Shown: positions 17,463 through 26,505 of the stretch, piece by piece
Layout: every line of letters starts with the position of its first letter
Numbering within the stretch: position 1 is the stretch's first letter
Source: Candidatus Bathyarchaeia archaeon
GTDB taxonomy: Archaea > Thermoproteota > Bathyarchaeia > Bathyarchaeales > Bathycorpusculaceae
Length of the DNA stretch: 33,630 bases
Direction: 5' to 3'
Assembly: GCA_050010515.1 (NCBI GenBank)
Contig: JBEKKX010000026.1
Span: forward strand, 1-33,630
Translations under genes and position numbers: made by a program
The notes under the pieces: model-generated
Seen by the model: the letters and a program-made list of their open reading frames with translations, nothing else
The model's database searches: none
Told to the model about the DNA's origin: nothing

Positions 17463-18800
17463 ATGGAAAACTTCTCAGAATTAGTCCTAAACCTAATCGA
17501 AGCAAGCCGCAAACATGAACAATACCGAGACAAAGAATGCATAAACATGATTGCAAGCGAGGGACTAAAATCTCCAGCAGTCAACCAAATGCTCAACCTC
17601 TCTCATGACCTCGCATGCAGATATGCTGAAGGCGAAAACGACCTTCAAGGACACGTTAAAAAACGGTACTATCAAGGACAAAAATACATGTCCCAAATCG
17701 AAGACTACGTAACGGACATAATGAAAAGCCTATTCAAAGCTGACTGGGCAGACATACGGCTTGTTTCAGGCACCCACGCGAACCTAGCGACATTCAAAGG
17801 CTTATCATTAGCTTCAAAAAACAACAAAATGGTCGTCACCCCGCTGAGCTGCGGCGCACACATCTCACACGATTACACGGGCTTAGCTGGCAATGTGTTA
17901 GGTTTAGAAAACATAAATCACGTTTACGACGTAGATGAATTCAATATTGACCCAGACAAGTCAGCCTACGTCATACGAGCCGCCAAACCAGGCATAGTCA
18001 CCTTCGGCGGCAGCCTCTTCCTGTTTCCACATCCAATTCAAGAGTTAAGAGCTGTCTGCGAAGAAGTAGGTGCATACGTAGCCTACGACGCGTCTCATGT
18101 TCTGGGTTTAATTGCAGGCGGTGAATTCCAAGATCCCCTGCGAGAGGGCGCAGACTTCATAACATCTTCAACTCACAAAACTTTTCCAGGTCCACAGGGT
18201 GGCGTCATCATGGGAAGCCCAACAAGTCCAGCGCTAGAGAAGGCGGTGGAAAAAATCCAATTCGCCATTTTCCCACTAAGCGCTTCAAGCACCCACCTGG
18301 GCAGGTTACCAGCGCTTGGCATAGCCGCCTTGGAGATGAAGCTTTTCGGCGCTGAACTAGCAAGACAAACAGTAAAGAACGCGCAGACAGCTGGACAATA
18401 CCTGTATGAGAACGACATCAAAGTTCTAGCAGAGAAAAAAGGCTTCACTAAATCTCACCAAATCGCGGTTGATATTCGCAGCTTCGGCGGCGGCAAAAAG
18501 ATAGCCCAAGACCTCGAAGACGCAAATATAATCCTCAACAAGAACCTCTTGCCCTACGATGACCAAAGCAGCAAAGAAGACCCTTCAGGATTAAGAATCG
18601 GCTTCCAAGACTTAACTAGACGAGGCTTCAGGGAAGGCGACATTAAACACTTATGCGACCTCATGCTTGACGTGATAAAGGGCAAACGTAAACCAGCTCA
18701 TGTTAAGGAAGACGTGTTATCGTTAAAGAAAGAATTTAACCAAGTGAAATACGGCTTCCAAAACGTAGAAGAAGCATTAACCTACCTCAGAAAGGCTTAG
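17463..18800 (+). CDS. glyA: Serine hydroxymethyltransferase (archaeal type)
   Basis: MIASE, RYAEG, RYYQG, AHISH, YDASH, STHKTFPGPQGG (PLP lysine), SGLRIG. Confidence 0.96.
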   Translation: MENFSELVLNLIEASRKHEQYRDKECINMIASEGLKSPAVNQMLNLSHDLACRYAEGENDLQGHVKKRYYQGQKYMSQIEDYVTDIMKSLFKADWADIRLVSGTHANLATFKGLSLASKNNKMVVTPLSCGAHISHDYTGLAGNVLGLENINHVYDVDEFNIDPDKSAYVIRAAKPGIVTFGGSLFLFPHPIQELRAVCEEVGAYVAYDASHVLGLIAGGEFQDPLREGADFITSSTHKTFPGPQGGVIMGSPTSPALEKAVEKIQFAIFPLSASSTHLGRLPALGIAALEMKLFGAELARQTVKNAQTAGQYLYENDIKVLAEKKGFTKSHQIAVDIRSFGGGKKIAQDLEDANIILNKNLLPYDDQSSKEDPSGLRIGFQDLTRRGFREGDIKHLCDLMLDVIKGKRKPAHVKEDVLSLKKEFNQVKYGFQNVEEALTYLRKA

Positions 18801-18914
18801 ATGACCTTCACTGTTTCCTCAAAAAACATCACATGGGCAAGAATCTTCTAAAAGCGAAAATTAAGCCTAAATATTAATAAGCTAACATTCTCCTCTTGAA
18901 AGCTGAAAATTACC

Positions 18915-19199
18915 ATGGTAGACCTTTTCTTAATCTACGTTGCCATAACAGCAGTAGTCTTTGTAGCATTTTTCGTGTTGCTTCCAAGGTATGGACCACA
19001 CACCATATCAAGGTTAACATGCCCGAAATGCAAGAAAAAATTTAACTACCATTGGGTTCCAGGAGCCAGCTTCATTTCCCTGTATCGTGGGAACACACGG
19101 CGCCTGCATTGCCCTTACTGCCATGCAGTATCAACCTTTAACATAGCATCCACCAGAATCAGCAAACAACAAGCCGCCGCCTTAAAAAACAAAGCTTAA
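18915..19199 (+). CDS. Membrane-anchored zinc-ribbon protein
   Basis: N-terminal TM helix, CPKC...CPYC. Confidence 0.75.
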   Translation: MVDLFLIYVAITAVVFVAFFVLLPRYGPHTISRLTCPKCKKKFNYHWVPGASFISLYRGNTRRLHCPYCHAVSTFNIASTRISKQQAAALKNKA

Positions 19200-19309
19200 G
19201 CATGCCAAAGGGAAGGCAAAATCTTCAGTTTTTCAGAACATTTAATATTCTTGGTTGCCAATCAACTTAAATCTCCAACCTTGATAACCACTAAAAGGAG
19301 TCGGCTAAA

Positions 19310-20494
19310 ATGAAAGTATTGTTAAACGATGGCTTAGAAAAAGAAGGATTAAAACTCTTCCAAGACGCTGGCATAGAAACAGACACGCAAAAAAGAGACT
19401 TAAACAAGCTAATTGCCGAGGTAGGGCAGTTTGACGCGTTAATTGTGCGAAGCACCACAAAAGTAACCAGGGAAGCTATCGAAGCAGGCGCCAAAGGAAA
19501 ACTCAAAATCATTGGAAGAGCAGGAGTAGGCTACGATAACATAGATGTTGAAGCCGCCTCAGAAAATGGCATAGTTATAAAATCTGCCCCCTATGGTAGC
19601 ACCAATGCAGTGGCAGAGTTAACCATCGGTTTAATGCTAAGCATCTCAAGAAATACTCCTCAAGCTCACTATTCACTTAAAAATGGCGTTTGGAAAAAAA
19701 GGAAGCTCAAAGGAACTGAGTTGTCCCACAAAACGTTGGGTATTTTGGGCTGCGGAAGAATCGGGCAAAGACTGGCAGAAATTGCGCGCCGCGGCTTTGA
19801 CATGGAAGTAATCGGTTATGACATAAAGCCATGCCTTGAATCAGGCATAAAGTTCACAACAAAACAAAAGGTCCTAGCAAAAGCCGATTATGTTAGCATT
19901 CACACAGGCGGAAAAGAAATGGTTGTCGGTGAAAAAGAACTCGCCTTAATGAAGCCAACTGCTTATCTGATTAATACTTCAAGAGGCAGCAACATTGACG
20001 AACAAGCACTGTACAAAGCACTAAAAGAAGGAAAAATCGCTGGCGCCGCATTAGACGTTTACGCTGATGAACCTAAAAGTGAAGGCGCTGAATTCAAGAG
20101 CAAACTCAAAGAGTTAGATAACGTGGTTTCCAGCAGTCACCTTGGCGCATCAACAATCGAAGCCCAAAGAGAAACATCAACTGAAATAGCACGTCTAATT
20201 TCAGGTTATCTTTTAGGCGGAGACTTTGCCAACGCAGTAAACGCAGGTGAAAGCATAGAGCTAGAAGAAATACCGGTTTACACCTTGTTTATTCACCACC
20301 GCGATGTGCCAGGAGTTTTCGCTAATATTGACAAAGTCTTAGCTGATAACGAAATAAACATTAGAGCAAACTACTCAAGGCAAATCGGAAACAACGGCTA
20401 TGCCATATCGGTGTATGTGATCCACAAAAAAGTTAGCTCAGAAATAATAAAGAAGCTCAAAGCGGTCCCGAACGTTTGCAACGTAAAAGTTTAA
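19310..20494 (+). CDS. serA: D-3-phosphoglycerate dehydrogenase with C-terminal ACT domain
   Basis: RAGVGYDNID, GCGRIG, INTSRG, AALDV, HLGAST, ACT H-x-DVPGV. Confidence 0.9.
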   Translation: MKVLLNDGLEKEGLKLFQDAGIETDTQKRDLNKLIAEVGQFDALIVRSTTKVTREAIEAGAKGKLKIIGRAGVGYDNIDVEAASENGIVIKSAPYGSTNAVAELTIGLMLSISRNTPQAHYSLKNGVWKKRKLKGTELSHKTLGILGCGRIGQRLAEIARRGFDMEVIGYDIKPCLESGIKFTTKQKVLAKADYVSIHTGGKEMVVGEKELALMKPTAYLINTSRGSNIDEQALYKALKEGKIAGAALDVYADEPKSEGAEFKSKLKELDNVVSSSHLGASTIEAQRETSTEIARLISGYLLGGDFANAVNAGESIELEEIPVYTLFIHHRDVPGVFANIDKVLADNEINIRANYSRQIGNNGYAISVYVIHKKVSSEIIKKLKAVPNVCNVKV

Positions 20495-20551
20495 GCCTAA
20501 AACGCCTGTTTCAAGCAGGCATATAAACCAGTTTTCTTTTTTAAAGTAGCC

Positions 20552-21232
20552 ATGCGACTTGGAGTTCTGTTTTCAGGCGGCAAAGACTCAACACTTGCTC
20601 TTCACTTAGCTGCGGAGAAAGAAGAAGTCGTATGCCTCATCACCATAATTTCAAAAAATAAGGAGAGCTTCATGTATCATACTCCAAACATTGAGATTTC
20701 GGCGCTTCAAGCAGAAGCCTTAGGATTGCCTCAAATAACAAAAACAACTCAGGGCGAAAAAGAAAAAGAACTCTCAGAATTGGAAGATGCAATCGCTGAG
20801 GCAGCCAGAAAATATCAGATTGAGGGTGTGGTAACGGGCGCAGTGGAGTCAGTCTACCAAACTGAACGCGTCCAGCGTATATGCAATCATCTTGGATTGT
20901 GGTGCTTTAACCCATTGTGGAAGCATGACCAGAAAGCCCTCTTAGAAGAGCTTCTTGAAAAAAGGTTTAAAGTGATTATTACAGGAGTTTTCGCTTATCC
21001 CCTTGACGAAAAATGGCTTGGAAAACAAATCGACAACAAGCTAATAGATAAGCTAGTTGACTTACAGCAAAAGTATGGCTTAAGCCCAGCCGGAGAAGGC
21101 GGCGAAATTGAAACAACAGTTTTAGATGCACCTCTATTCAAAAAGAAAATCGAAGTCCTTGATTATAGTGTTGAATTTAAGGGAAATTCTGGAGTATTCA
21201 TAATTAAGCAGGCTCGGCTGGTCTCTAAATGA
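20552..21232 (+). CDS. dph6: Diphthine--ammonia ligase (Dph6, PP-loop ATPase)
   Basis: FSGGKDS, GAVESVYQ, PLWK, GEGGEIET. Confidence 0.9.
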   Translation: MRLGVLFSGGKDSTLALHLAAEKEEVVCLITIISKNKESFMYHTPNIEISALQAEALGLPQITKTTQGEKEKELSELEDAIAEAARKYQIEGVVTGAVESVYQTERVQRICNHLGLWCFNPLWKHDQKALLEELLEKRFKVIITGVFAYPLDEKWLGKQIDNKLIDKLVDLQQKYGLSPAGEGGEIETTVLDAPLFKKKIEVLDYSVEFKGNSGVFIIKQARLVSK

Positions 21233-21780
21233 TTTTGATTATTGACATGAATTGGAAGAAGGATTCATTGGGCTTTTACGAGTTTGTATTACCTATAGTC
21301 ACAATTGCTAAAACACAAGACGAATGCATCGTAAAACATTTCCTTGAAGTAACTAACCAAGACCTAAGTCAATGTGACAGTGTTATTCTTTCGGGCACAG
21401 CACTCAAGGATACAGCAACTTTAAGCCAGCCAGAAAAGTTCATATGGCTCAAAGAAACAGAAAAGCCAGTTTTAGGCATCTGCGCAGGCATGGAAACTAT
21501 AGGCGTGGTTTTCGGTATGCGGTTGATTCGATGTTTGGAGATAGGTATGACACAGATAAATATGCTAAAAGAAAACCCGCTTTTCTGTGGAGACTTCAAG
21601 GCTTACTCACTTCATAGCTGCTGCAATGAGCCTTCAGGAGATTTTGAGGTTTGGGCAAAATCCACAAAATGCGTCCAAATCATTAAGCATAAAATCAAGC
21701 CAATCTATGGTGTGCTTTTTCATCCTGAAGTGAGGAATCCTGAATTAATCAAACGTTTCATTCTTTTGAATAAAAGTTAG
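21229..21780 (+). CDS. Class I glutamine amidotransferase (stand-alone, GuaA-A-like)
   Basis: ILSG, GICAG nucleophile elbow, FHPE; ATGA overlap with dph6. Confidence 0.88.
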   Translation: MILIIDMNWKKDSLGFYEFVLPIVTIAKTQDECIVKHFLEVTNQDLSQCDSVILSGTALKDTATLSQPEKFIWLKETEKPVLGICAGMETIGVVFGMRLIRCLEIGMTQINMLKENPLFCGDFKAYSLHSCCNEPSGDFEVWAKSTKCVQIIKHKIKPIYGVLFHPEVRNPELIKRFILLNKS

Positions 21781-21885
21781 TGCCTGATTAGATACCGCTG
21801 GAAAAGTAGGCAACAGAAACTTAATTACTAAGCAAACCAAATTTAAAGTATATTAGTTTTGTAGGTTAAATGAAGTGATCTTAAC

Positions 21886-24303
21886 ATGATAAACAAGTTG
21901 CCAATAGAAAAGCTCAGAAAAGAATGTGACTCTAATTTTATGCAATGCGAATCAACCAAGAATCTTGCTCCTTTAAGCGAAATTATAGGCCAAGAAAGAG
22001 CCGTTCGAGCGTTAAAATTTGGGCTCGGCATAAAAGACCACGGTTTCAACATGTATGTTGCAGGTTACCCTGGAACAGGCAGAAAAACCGCGGTTAAAAA
22101 CTTCGTAGAAGCGCAAGCTAAAGTTCAGCCAGTTCCACCTGACTGGTGTTATGTCAATAATTTTGCTAACCCATATGAGCCAAAAGCGATTCAGTTGCCA
22201 GCTGGAAAAGGAAAAGAATTCCGCGATGATATGAAAAATTTTATCGAAAATGTTGTGCGGAATTCGCTTCCTAAAACTTTTGAAAGTGAAGATTACGCTA
22301 CAAGAAGAGAAGCCACAATTCAAGGGTTAGAAAACCAAAGAAAACAGTTAATTGACGAATTAAACCAGAAGGCTCAGCGGGAAGGCTTTGTAATTCAAAG
22401 TACACCTATTGGCCTGCTACTTATTCCAGTGTTAGATGGCAAACCGCTTAGCGAAGAAGAAATGTTGGCGTTGCCTCAGAAGACGAAGGATAAGCTTCAG
22501 GAAAAAAGGGAAAAATTAGAAACAGAGTTCAGAAACACAATGAGGCAATTAATCGATATGGAAAGGAAAATACATGAAGCACTCACGAAGCTGAACAGGG
22601 AAGTGGCCCTTTATGCCATCGGTAACCAGATTGAAAGCCTCATGGAGAAGTACAAGGGCACACCAGAGGTCATAACCTACTTGAAAGAGGTAGAAAATGA
22701 TATTCTTGAAAACCTGCAACAGTTTGTGAAGAGAGGCGAAACCCAACAGCAACTTCCATTCCCAATGCCTTGGATGAAAGAGGACCTATACAAGAAATAT
22801 GAGGTAAATGTAGTTATTGATAACTCAGGTACTAAAGGTGCACCTGTAATCGTGGAAACCAACCCCACTTACCACAACCTCTTGGGCAGAACAGAAAAAG
22901 AAGCGCAGTTTGGCGTTTTAACCACTGACTTCTCTATGATTCGGGCAGGAGCCATACACAAAGCTAATGGTGGATACTTGATTATTCCAGTTGAAGAGCT
23001 GCTGAGAGACCCGTTCTCCTATGACGGTTTAAAACGAGATCTTAGAGACGGAAACATAGCTATAGAAGAACCTGAAGAGCGTTATGGCTATCTCAGTGTT
23101 AAAACACTTAAACCCCAGCCTATTCCTTTAACAGCCAAAGTAATCTTAATCGGTGACCCCAACATTTACCAATTATTATTCCAGTTGGACAATGATTTTA
23201 GAGAGCTTTTCAAGATTAAAGCCGAATTTGACAGTGTAATGGATAGAACTGACGATAAAGCAAGGCAGTATGCCGCTTTGATATGCACACTCTGTGAAAA
23301 AGAAAACCTCAAACACCTCGACGGCACAGGAGTAGCCAAAATAGTCGAATACAGTTCAAGGATTGCAGACGACCAATACAAGTTATCAACGCAATTCTCT
23401 CTTATTGCTGACATAATTCGCGAAGCAAACTATTATGCTTCACAAGAAAACGCCGAGTTCATAAACGGAAACCATGTCAAAAAAACTATAGAAGAAAAAG
23501 TTTACCGCTCAAAACTCATCCAAGAAAAAATTCAGGAAATGATAACTCGCGGGTTCTACTTAATAGACACCGTTGAAGAAAGGGTTGGGCAAGTAAATGG
23601 CTTATCCGTTATGGGACTAGGCGACTTTGCCTTCGGCACCCCCTCGCGGGTAACGGCAAGCATTGGCTTAGGCAGAGAAGGAGTAATCGACATTGAAAGA
23701 GAAGCTAAAATGGGCGGCCCCATACATACAAAAGGTGTCTTAATTCTCAGCGGCTACCTAAATGGCAAATACGCCAGGGACAAACTGTTGAGTCTTTCAG
23801 CAAGACTTGTTTTTGAGCAGAGTTATGGAGGGGTCGAAGGTGATAGCGCTTCAAGCACCGAATTATACTCGATTTTATCAGCGCTTTCTGGACTGCCGAT
23901 AAAGCAGAACATAGCAGTAACCGGTTCAGTTAACCAGAAAGGTGAAGTCCAAGCCATAGGCGGAGTAAACGAGAAAATCGAAGGCTTCTTTGAAGTCTGC
24001 AAACTTAAGGGTTTCACTGGACAACAAGGAGTGATGATACCGGAAAGCAACGTGCAAAACCTGATGCTTAAAGAAGAAGTTGTTGAAGCAGTGAAAGACG
24101 GCAAATTCAGCATCTACTCAGTCAAAACAATTGATGAAGGCATAGAGGTTCTTACTGGAGCAAAAGCTGGGCAAAGAAGTACGGATGGAACTTTCGAGGA
24201 AGGAACAGTGAATTACCTTGTAGACAAGCAACTTAAAGACATGGCTGATAAACTCAAGGAGTATCCACCTTTCCAAGTGCAAGAGAAAAAAGTTGAAAGT
24301 TAA
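21886..24303 (+). CDS. Lon-like protease, soluble LonC type (degenerate AAA module + Lon protease domain)
   Basis: IIGQERA, degenerate Walker A GYPGTGRKT, coiled-coil insert, HKANGGYL, GDSAS (Ser) and EKIEGFF (Lys) dyad; no TM segments. Confidence 0.9.
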   Translation: MINKLPIEKLRKECDSNFMQCESTKNLAPLSEIIGQERAVRALKFGLGIKDHGFNMYVAGYPGTGRKTAVKNFVEAQAKVQPVPPDWCYVNNFANPYEPKAIQLPAGKGKEFRDDMKNFIENVVRNSLPKTFESEDYATRREATIQGLENQRKQLIDELNQKAQREGFVIQSTPIGLLLIPVLDGKPLSEEEMLALPQKTKDKLQEKREKLETEFRNTMRQLIDMERKIHEALTKLNREVALYAIGNQIESLMEKYKGTPEVITYLKEVENDILENLQQFVKRGETQQQLPFPMPWMKEDLYKKYEVNVVIDNSGTKGAPVIVETNPTYHNLLGRTEKEAQFGVLTTDFSMIRAGAIHKANGGYLIIPVEELLRDPFSYDGLKRDLRDGNIAIEEPEERYGYLSVKTLKPQPIPLTAKVILIGDPNIYQLLFQLDNDFRELFKIKAEFDSVMDRTDDKARQYAALICTLCEKENLKHLDGTGVAKIVEYSSRIADDQYKLSTQFSLIADIIREANYYASQENAEFINGNHVKKTIEEKVYRSKLIQEKIQEMITRGFYLIDTVEERVGQVNGLSVMGLGDFAFGTPSRVTASIGLGREGVIDIEREAKMGGPIHTKGVLILSGYLNGKYARDKLLSLSARLVFEQSYGGVEGDSASSTELYSILSALSGLPIKQNIAVTGSVNQKGEVQAIGGVNEKIEGFFEVCKLKGFTGQQGVMIPESNVQNLMLKEEVVEAVKDGKFSIYSVKTIDEGIEVLTGAKAGQRSTDGTFEEGTVNYLVDKQLKDMADKLKEYPPFQVQEKKVES

Positions 24304-24536
24304 ACCTAAGACACTGAAAGAAGTTTTACCTCTTCCTTTTTCCCTGCGCCTACAATTAGCATGCAAAGGCTTGTTTACAAGCTGGCTGATTTGGGTATAG
24401 TCTAATTTTTGATAAAGAAATTCATAAACAAAAATGACCCACCGAGGGCTCAAAGGTAATTAGTGATTTTGCATCTTTATTCTAAGTTATCAAAGCTTAT
24501 TTTGCCAGCCCGCTGAAAGGGAGGCAGGGTTCAAAG

Positions 24537-24761
24537 TTGGTAGCTTCAAAGCGCAAACATAAACGCAGTAACTCCATAATAACCATGCTTCTTCCAGCAA
24601 TGCTCTTCATATTCCTCATGGGATGGTGCATGTACTGCATCGGCAACCAAAAAAGACCAGATAAGATACAGCGTAAACCAATCAAAAAAGACAACGTGAG
24701 AGACAACGTAACCATTATGCCCATAATTTACGAAGAAACACAAGAAATAATAAATGAATAA
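24537..24761 (+). CDS. Small single-TM hypothetical protein
   Basis: Basic N-terminus, one hydrophobic helix, GGAGG upstream. Confidence 0.6.
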   Translation: MVASKRKHKRSNSIITMLLPAMLFIFLMGWCMYCIGNQKRPDKIQRKPIKKDNVRDNVTIMPIIYEETQEIINE

Positions 24762-24905
24762 CGCAAAAAGCAACCGCTTCTTTTAATCATTCGCAACTCT
24801 ACAATTTGTATTTTTTAGAAGCTCGCACGCTTGTTGTTGCAATTACACAATCACAATTCCATTTATACTGCGCAAAGACTTCTTAATTTGCGAGAAAATA
24901 GCCAT

Positions 24906-25036
24906 CCAAGAGGTACACCCATGCTTGGCGGGTCAGCTGTTAAACAAGGCGCGGGTTGCCGTACCCTGACAATTCAGGCCCTCTTTTTGATTCGCGTCTC
25001 GGGTTAACAAGGGCGATCCGCCAAGCCTACTTTTGG
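24906..25036 (+). ncRNA. Putative structured RNA (long rod hairpin), family unknown
   Basis: Nested helices 24906-15/25028-36, 24923-34/25015-26, 24938-43/25004-09, 24947-57/24989-99, 24965-69/24974-78, with about six G-U pairs on the + strand; T-tract at 25064-25068. Confidence 0.6.
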
Positions 25037-25136
25037 TTACTGCTTGCATGGAATCTAGCCGCCTTTTTGTATTAAATTTATTAAGGGATAGAGGCATTGC
25101 TATTTTTCGTGAGCCAAATTGAGCTATAAAGCAAAC

Positions 25137-25472
25137 ATGCATCCTACGGTTAGCAAAGCAGAAATTGAAGTATTCAAAGCCCTAAGCATGGCTGGGTTAA
25201 CCAGCGGCATGGTAACACAGAAAACAATTATTCTCAAATCAACCGTTCCTGACTTTTGCTGGATGAACAAGCGTAAAATCGTTTACTTAGATGGCACACC
25301 AGTACATTCTAGTGATAAACAGCAAGAGCACGATAACCAAATCGATGATCTTTTGAAAGCTCAAGGCTGGAATGTACTCAGAATTCCCTATCAACCGCCC
25401 TTAACAGAGAAAGGAATGCAAGAAATTGTGGCAACAATAAAGCGTTTCTTAAACGTGGATGAGGAAACATAG
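25137..25472 (+). CDS. Vsr/DUF559-like PD-(D/E)xK endonuclease
   Basis: S-x-AE helix, VPDF, V-x-LDG-x-x-x-H, D-x3-D-x2-L-x3-GW-x-VLR; alternative TTG start 25119. Confidence 0.8.
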   Translation: MHPTVSKAEIEVFKALSMAGLTSGMVTQKTIILKSTVPDFCWMNKRKIVYLDGTPVHSSDKQQEHDNQIDDLLKAQGWNVLRIPYQPPLTEKGMQEIVATIKRFLNVDEET

Positions 25473-25507
25473 GTTTCAAATAAATTGATTTACTTGACAT
25501 GAGCTTT

Positions 25508-25873
25508 TTAACATTCGTTTAACATTTTCTTGATTTGAGGTTTAATTCTTGGTAAGAGTGAAGTAGCGTTTTTCCATATGATTTCTGGGTCTCTGCTGAA
25601 ATACTCATGCGACAGAAAATGGCGTAAACTTGCAATATCCTCCCAAGGAATATAATATTGATAAAATTTTGATTTTATCTCTGGAATTTTTGATAAAACG
25701 TTCATGGCTTCGCCGATGTTGCGCAAGTTAGTATCAACCGCGTCTATAGTTTTTCGATCATGAATGAATTGATCAAGCGTCATTCCTTTTGTGTATTCTT
25801 CGATTATCTGGATGTGCAAAACGATTTCTTGGAGATAAAGCTTGTAATCTGATGGACCGCGTGCTTTCTTCAT
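25508..25873 (-). CDS. hepT: HepT-like (DUF86, HEPN) RNase toxin
   Basis: DAV...IGEA, IPW, R-x4-H-x-Y (RHFLSHEY), IIW. Confidence 0.9.
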   Translation of the reverse strand: MKKARGPSDYKLYLQEIVLHIQIIEEYTKGMTLDQFIHDRKTIDAVDTNLRNIGEAMNVLSKIPEIKSKFYQYYIPWEDIASLRHFLSHEYFSRDPEIIWKNATSLLPRIKPQIKKMLNEC

Positions 25874-26178
25874 ACTGGTATAGCTTCTTTTAGAACTCTG
25901 TCTTTTATGATTGGGTTTATGTATTTTTTTGAAACTAGGTCGACTTTTACGCCGAGTTTTCTTCTGAGAAATCTTTTGATGTTGTTGACGCCTACGATGT
26001 CAGGTGTTTCTGAGTATGTAACCAGAAGGTCAATGTCGCTTTGAAGTGTTTGCCCACATCTGGCGTATGAGCCAAAAATTTCTATTGTTTCCACTTTATA
26101 CTTTTCTTTGAGAACAGGTTTGAGTTCTTGCAGTTGCCGTTTTGTTTCCTCAAGCGTCATCAAAGCATTGTTCACCAC
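25870..26178 (-). CDS. mntA: MntA-like minimal nucleotidyltransferase antitoxin
   Basis: FGSYAR...SDID (GS-x10-DxD), KVDLV; ATGA overlap with hepT. Confidence 0.9.
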   Translation of the reverse strand: MVNNALMTLEETKRQLQELKPVLKEKYKVETIEIFGSYARCGQTLQSDIDLLVTYSETPDIVGVNNIKRFLRRKLGVKVDLVSKKYINPIIKDRVLKEAIPV

Positions 26179-26287
26179 TGTACATCAGATTAACTGTGGC
26201 AATGTATAAGTGTTTTACTAACGATTCGTTTTTGTTTCTTAATACATGAAAAGATATTTATCTGTAAGAGATAACCATTTTCCGAAT

Positions 26288-26396
26288 GCTCCGGTAGTAT
26301 AGTCCGGTCAAACCTTACTAAGACTTCTTATTAAGGGACTAAGTATAGCGGCCTCTCGAGTCGCGGACCCGGGTCCAAATCCCGGCCGGAGCACCA
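26288..26396 (+). tRNA. tRNA-Glu(CTC) with a 31-nt intron at position 21/22 (26312-26342)
   Basis: Acceptor GCTCCGG/CCGGAGC, D stem GTAT/GTAT after splicing, anticodon arm GCGGC-CTCTCGA-GTCGC, T arm CCGGG-TCCAAAT-CCCGG, encoded ACCA; BHB-like GGTC-AAA / GACT-AAG. Confidence 0.93.
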
Positions 26397-26406
26397 TTTT
26401 ACTGTT

Positions 26407-26505
26407 TCAGCGTGAAGTTTTTTTTACTGAATCTATTGCTATAAACAAGCTTGGTCTTTTTAGAAAATCTGTCAGTTCGTTTGTGTGGTAGACAGCCTCT
26501 TCTAT
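26407..26505 (-). pseudogene. Remnant of a PIN-domain (VapC) toxin gene
   Basis: ATA GAA GAG GCT GTC TAC CAC ACA AAC GAA CTG ACA GAT TTT CTA reads (M>I)EEAVY(D>H)TNELTDFL, a PIN-type start overlapping the antitoxin end; ends after 32 codons. Confidence 0.65.

Noticed and set aside
24901-25070. SRP RNA, H/ACA guide or RNase P identity for the rod hairpin
   Set aside because: No helix-8 CAGG-x-GNRA-x-AGCA motif, no K-turn or correctly spaced ACA box, no RNase P GAGGAAAGTCC core; too short for archaeal SRP
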